64,000 nucleotides of DNA from Anaeramoeba ignava BMAN (Eukaryota > Protista > Anaeramoebae), in contig JAPDFW010000016.1 of the NCBI GenBank assembly GCA_028826165.1, forward strand, positions 1 through 64,000, read 5' to 3'. The translations under genes were made by a program, and so were the position numbers. Under the pieces are notes generated by a model. The model was not told where the DNA came from, did no database searches, and saw only the letters and a list, made by a program, of their open reading frames with translations. Of this stretch, positions 58,101 to 64,000 are shown piece after piece (positions within the stretch are counted from its first letter, which is position 1; every line of letters starts with the position of its first letter).

Positions 58101-61100
58101 AATAACAATTAATACTCCTAATCCCTTGAAATTTCAACACAAATCATGCAAAATACACCCATATTTAATGGCCATTTTATTCAACTCAAAATTGTTTTAT
58201 AATAAAAACACTTTTAAACTTTATTTTAATTACTCAAGTGGTGATCCATTTATTGACAATAAAGTTTTTCTTCATCTTCAAATCCTTATGAAATATCAAA
58301 ATTGCAAACTTCAAAAACAAACTTCAAATGATTGGATATTATCTTCTTCTTTGGAATCTATTCACCAAAATTCAAATTTTCTGAATATGATTGATTATCT
58401 TTTTGAAATTGGATTTTTAGAGAAAGAAATTAAAAATAGAAACATTCCTGATGAATATATTTTCAATACAAAAATAATAAGAAAACAATTTCTTCAAGCA
58501 ATTTTGGATCAAAATGGCAAATTCTTCAACCAAAATCAACTTGGATTTTATTCTCTTTCAAAACACTTTGCAAATCAAATTAAACCCATAATTCTATCAT
58601 TAGGAGGATTATTAAACATCACAAAAGAACCAAGAGATGAATCAGGTTTAGGAGATTTATTCAAATGTATTATTGAAGGAATTGATGCTAAAATATTACT
58701 TCATTTCAGAGAAAATTTGAATGGAAAAAATGCAAAATTCGAAAAATGCGAAAGAGTTATCAAGAAAATCAAGAAAATAAGAAAAGACGAATGCACATGT
58801 ATTCTTATCGATCATCCCGAGCATTTATATCTAACAAACAATTTTGTGGTTACACACAATACAAACATTGCATTAATGGCAATTTTGCATGAGATTAAAA
58901 ACCATTTAATAAGCCCAAATATCTTGAATATTCTGAAAACAAAGGAATTCAAAATTATATACATTGCACCAATGAAAGCGCTTGCATCAGAACAAGTCTC
59001 AAATTTTTCAAAACGTCTCGAGTATTTAAAGTTCAAAGTAAAAGAACTGACTGGAGATATGCAACTAACAAAAAAAGAAATTGAAGAAACACAAATGATT
59101 ATAACAACACCCGAAAAATGGGATGTAACAACTCGCAAAACTGGAGGAATATCAATCACAGACATTGTAACCTTGATAATTATTGATGAAATCCATCTAC
59201 TTAATGATGATAGAGGATCTGTGATTGAAAGTTTAGTTGCGAGAATCATGAGAAAAATTGAGATGTCTCAAAGAATGATCCGAATTGTTGGTCTTTCAGC
59301 AACATTACCAAATTATCAAGATGTTGCAGAATTTTTAAGAGTGAATGAAAGAGGTTTATTTCATTTTGATTATACTTACAGACCCATTCCTTTATCTCAA
59401 GATTTTTATGGATTTCGAGGTGAAAACCAATCTTATGTTACAAATCTCATGAATAAAAAGGCTTTTGAATTAATAACACAAGTTCTTCAAGACGATTTAC
59501 AAGCATTAATTTTTGTGACAAGTAGAAACGAAACAGTCAATTTAGGTTTACAATTTATGAGAATGGTAGAAAAACAAGGATTAGTAACACTTTTTCAACC
59601 AAAGAGAACAGAATCTTTTCGAATAATCCAAAAAAATGTTGAAAAATCATCAAATTCTGAATTGAAAAAATTATTTAATTTTTGTAAATAATTATTTAAA
59701 AATTATTTAATATTTATTTAATATTTATTTAATAATTATTTAAAAATTATTTAATATTTATTTAATATTTATTTAATATTTATTTAATATTTATTTAATA
59801 TTTATTTAATATTTATTTAATATTTATTTAATATTTATTTAATATTTATTTAATAATTATTTAATATTTATTTAATATTTATTTAATATTTATTTAATAA
59901 TATTTATTTAATATTTATTTAATATTTATTTAATATTTATTTAATAATTATTTATTTAATATTTATTTAATATTTATTTAATATTTAATATTTATTTAAT
60001 ATTAAATTTACATTTTTAAAGCTATCGGCATTCATCATGCAGGAATGCTTCGCTCAGATAGAAATTTAATGGAAAAACTATTTAAAAGTGGTCACATTAA
60101 GGTTTTAATATCAACAGCAACATTATCATGGGGTGTTAATCTTCCATCACATACAGTTATTATAAAAGGAACCCAAATTTATAAAGATGGTAACTTTGTA
60201 GAATATGATCAGCTCAATATTGCACAAATGTGCTTCACAGCAAATACAAAAGTATTGCTTAGTAATGGAAAATGGGAAACAATTAGTGATATTGTTAATC
60301 TTGGAATTGGTGAATCAGTTTTATCTTTTTGCAAGAAAACAGGTCAATTAGTTCCAAAAAAAATAGTGAATAGATATAAAAATGGAAAAAGAAAAGTTTG
60401 CAGTTTTGTCTTTAAAAACAAAAATGAAATTTCTTGCACAAAAGATCATAAAATACTTTCATCAATCGATTCCAAAAACGGGAAAAAATTCAAATGGATC
60501 AAAATTGGGGAATTATTAATAAAACAAAAGGAGGAGGAAGGAAAACAAACAGAATTCTCAGCAATATCATTAGCAAAAACAATGAAAAAAGCAAATTTAA
60601 CATCAACAAAAATAGAAAAAGCAAATTTAATTTCAAAAGAAAAAAAACGAATTGAATTTGTTTATGATCTTGAAATTGAAGACACACATAATTACATTGT
60701 AAACGAAAACTTGTGTCTGATTGCTCACAATTGCGGAAGAGCTGGACGTCCTCAATACGACACTTCTGGACACAGCATTATTCTAACAACCCATGACCAA
60801 ATTGATAGATATGTTAATATGGTGATTCATAAAAAGCCTATTGAGAGTCGGTTCCAAGAAAATTTGCCCGACAATCTCAACGCAGAAGTAATATTAGGCA
60901 CAGTAACAGATGTTAGAGAAGCCTCTATATGGTTGCAATACAGCTATTTAATGGTTCGAGCATTGAAAGCACCATCAAATTATGGGATCGGTTGGGAAGA
61001 AAAAGTCAACGATCCAACTCTCAGTGAATTCCGAAGAAATATCATCACACAAACAGCAAAAATCCTAACCGAAGCAAAAATAATCCGCTATGATGAAATT

Positions 61101-64000
61101 TCGGAGACTTTATCCCCAACAGATTTGGGAAGAGTTGCTAGTCATTATTATATTAAATACCAAACAATCAAAATGTTTAATGAAAAACTAAAAAGTACAA
61201 TGAATGATGACAAAGTCTTTGAAATGGTCAGTCTTTCTTCGGAATTCGAAAGACTGAAAGTAAGAGAGGAAGAGATCCCCGAATTGGAAGAGTTAGCAGA
61301 AACAACATGCCCAATCAAAGTTATTGGCGGATGCGAACAATCTTATGGGAAAGCAAATATTCTATTGCAATCTTATATTTCACGAACAAGATTGAATACA
61401 TTTTCGTTAATTTCAGATCAGAACTATGTTTCCCAAAACGCAGTAAGAATCCTTCGCGCTGCGTTTGAAATTAGTCTCAACAAAGGATGGAGTTCAACAG
61501 CTTTAAGAGTACTCACAATTTACAAAATGGTTGAAAGAAAAATATGGAACTTTCAAAATTCACTGATGCAAATTGAAGGCATTTCGCCGGGAATTATCAA
61601 AAAATTGGATCGGAATAATTTAACAATTGACAAACTAAGTGATATGGATGCTGGCGAGATTGGATATCTTTTGCGCAGTCCAGCTTTAGGTCACAGCATT
61701 AAGCAAAAAATTGAATATTTTCCAGTTATTGATATGGATATTGAAGTTCAGCCAATTACGCGTTCAGTTTTAAGACTAAAACTTAATATTCATCCTCTAT
61801 TTCAATGGAACGGAGGAATTCATGGCGATTCTCAACCCTGGTGGATTTGGGTTGAAGATTTTAATTCAGAGCATATTTATCATTCAGAGTTATTTATTTT
61901 AACTCGAAAAAATCTTAATCAAGAACATAATATCACTTTTACTATCCCTATTTTTGATCCTTTACCTCCTCAATATTATGTCCGCATTGCTTCGGATTTC
62001 TTTGTTGGTGCTGAACAAATTTTCCCTGTTTCTTTTAAGCATTTAATTCTTCCTGAACATTATATTCCTCATACAGAATTACTTAATTTGATACCTCTTC
62101 CTATTGATGCTTTAAAAAATGAAAAATATCAAAGTTTATTTTCATTTACTCATTTTAATCCAATTCAAACACAAGTATTTTTTACTTTATATCATACAAA
62201 TGTAAGTATTTTTAAAGTATTTTTAAAATATTTATTTATAAAATTTATTTAAAATATTTATTATAAAATTTATTTAAAATATTTATTTAAAATATTTATT
62301 TAATAATATTTATTTATTAATATTTATTTAAAATATTTATTTAAAATATTTATTTATAATATTTATTTAATAATATTTATTTAAAATATTTATTTAATAA
62401 TATTTATATAATATTTATTTAAAATATTTATTTATTAATATTTATTAAAATATTTATTTATTAATATTTATTTATAATATTTAATCTTGATTTAAAAAGA
62501 AAAATGTTTTATTGGGAGCTCCAACTGGTTCTGGAAAAACAATTGCAGCTGAAATTGCTATATTTAGAGTATTCAATGAATATCCAAATAAAAAAACAAT
62601 TTATATTGCACCATTAAAAGCACTTGTTAGAGAAAGAATGAAAGATTGGAAAGAAAGATTTGTTAAGAAACTTGGGAAATCAGTTGTTGAATTAACAGGA
62701 GATGTTATGCCAGATAGAATGGCTTTGAAAAAAGCTGATGTTGTTGTTTCTACTCCTGAAAAATGGGATGGTATTAGTAGAAGTTGGAAATCAAGAAGTT
62801 ATGTTAAAGATGTTGCTTTGATTGTTATTGATGAAATTCATCTTCTTGGTTCTGATCGTGGTCCTATTTTGGAAATGATTGTTTCTCGAATGAGGTAATT
62901 AGAAAATGAATTTAAAATTTAGAAATAAATTTAAAATTTAGAAATCAATTTATAATTTAAAAATAAATTTAAATTTAAAATGAATTTAAAAATCAATTTA
63001 AAATTTAGAAATAAATTTATAATTTAAAATTTAGAAATCAATTTAAAATTTAGAAATGAATTTAAAATTTAAAAATAAATTTATAATTTAAAAATCAATT
63101 TAAAATTTAAAAATGAATTTAAAAATAAATTTATAATTTAAAATTTAAAAATCAATTTAAAATTTATAATTTAAAAATCAATTTAAAATTTATAATTAAA
63201 AAATAATTAAAAATAAATTTATAATTTAAAATCACAAAGATATATCGCAAGCCAAACAAACTCAGAATCTAGATTTATAGGATTATCAACAGCGTTGGCA
63301 AATGCCGCAGATATTGCACAATGGTTAGATGTTGACAGCTCAGGAATGTTTAATTTTAGGCCATCAGTTCGACCAGTTCCATTAGAAACTCACATTCAAG
63401 GATTCTCAGGAAAACATTACTGTCCAAGAATGGATACAATGAATAAACCTGCTTATCAATCAATAAAACTTCACTCATCATCAAAACCAACCTTGATTTT
63501 TGTTTCTTCAAGAAGACAAACAAGATTAACTGCATTTGCTTTAATTTCTTTAAGTGTTGCAAATCTTACTCCAAATGAATTCCAAAGAATGACTGAGGAG
63601 GAAATGAATGTAATTTTGCCAAAAATCAGAGATAAAAATTTAAAGCATACTTTGGAATTTGGTATCGGTTTGCATCACGGAGGTTTATCTACATCTGATC
63701 GTAAAATTGTTGAAAATTTGTTTGCAAAGGAAAAAATTCAATTGTTAGTTTCAACAAGTACTCTTGCTTGGGGTATAAATTTACCAGCACATCTTGTTGT
63801 AATCAAAGGAACTGAGTTTTATGATGCAAAAACTAGAAAATATGTTGATTTCCCAATCACAGATGTGCTTCAAATGTGTGTTGATGAAAATTCACCTATT
63901 TTAATCAAATCCCAAAATGGATCTTTATTTAAAAAGGCAAAAAATTTGAATTTGGGTGATTTTGTTTGTGGAATTGATTACAATAACAAGATTAATTGTG
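55172..64000 (+). CDS. ASCC3: ASCC3/Slh1 Ski2-like tandem-cassette helicase precursor with three inteins (3' partial); exons 55172-57206, 57815-59683, 60022-62201, 62500-62894, 63240->64000
   Basis: After removing introns and inteins: [12 protein letters not shown]|[50 protein letters not shown]|[10 protein letters not shown], Sec63 region, second cassette [46 protein letters not shown]. These intact second-cassette motifs favour ASCC3/Slh1 over Brr2. Confidence 0.93.
57207..57814 (+). repeat. ASCC3 intron 1, ~18-19-bp ATATTTAAATTCAAAAA(A) repeats
   Basis: GTTAAT donor at 57207, TTTAG acceptor at 57814, phase 1 within the last Gly codon of APTGAG. Confidence 0.88.
57820..58860 (+). mobile_element. 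Intein 1 (347 aa, Ser1...His-Asn/Thr+1) in Walker A of cassette 1; class-3 W-C-T signature; degenerate LAGLIDADG endonuclease
   Basis: GK|[55 protein letters not shown] ... [24 protein letters not shown]|TNIALMAIL. Removal restores APTGAGKT. Confidence 0.93.
59684..60021 (+). repeat. ASCC3 intron 2, (TATTTATTTAA)n
   Basis: GTAAAT..AAG; the join gives [13 protein letters not shown]. Confidence 0.85.
60231..60731 (+). mobile_element. Intein 2 (167-aa class 1 mini-intein, Cys1...His-Asn/Cys+1) in motif VI of cassette 1
   Basis: AQM|[57 protein letters not shown]|[10 protein letters not shown]. Confidence 0.95.
63877..64000 (+). mobile_element. Intein 3 (N-terminal part only) in motif VI of cassette 2
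   Basis: [10 protein letters not shown]|[32 protein letters not shown]: block A and N2 pattern (C1..K.LxxGDxV) where xGRAGRP should follow; truncated by the window end. Confidence 0.85.

Noticed and set aside
60231-60731. Hedgehog-type or bacterial intein-like Hint domain rather than a true intein
   Set aside because: Has the full His-Asn/Cys+1 end and interrupts a conserved motif that is restored on removal.
55172-64000. Brr2/SNRNP200 assignment, or several separate helicase genes
   Set aside because: The second cassette retains GSGKT/DEIH and has HYCPRM and [10 protein letters not shown] typical of ASCC3/Slh1. The ORF pieces join through frame-consistent GT-AG introns.
1-64000. Alternative genetic code, rRNA or tRNA genes
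   Set aside because: Conserved genes read through with the standard code and end at TAA/TGA; no structured RNA gene was recognisable by eye.

Overview
Extremely AT-rich eukaryotic (protist) nuclear DNA with GT-AG spliceosomal introns, most of them filled with simple repeats. The intein load, Ank-BTB/BTB-TLDc genes and composition suggest an Anaeramoeba-like metamonad (inference, not verified). In order: three tandem type I membrane proteins with an FG-GAP beta-propeller and FN3-like stalk; RPL13; CDC6 with an ATG-only first coding exon; a BTB-BACK-TLDc protein; a PKR1-like protein; a large ankyrin-BTB protein; a 3.6 kb satellite; UTP14; ALG2; a five-copy array of coiled-coil/Ubl-like/ZU5-like(HFS)/ADP-ribosyltransferase-like genes; a winged-helix protein; a bZIP factor; and the 5' part of an ASCC3/Slh1 Ski2-like helicase. 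Main finding: after splicing by eye, the helicase carries at least three inteins in catalytic motifs. One is a 347-aa class-3-signature (W-C-T) intein with a decayed LAGLIDADG domain inside Walker A, 5 nt from a spliceosomal intron. One is a 167-aa mini-intein in motif VI of cassette 1. The third starts at the equivalent motif VI position of cassette 2 and runs off the window. Second finding: a diversifying tandem family of putative self-cleaving ART effectors. All calls are from manual reading and motif recognition; no searches were run.
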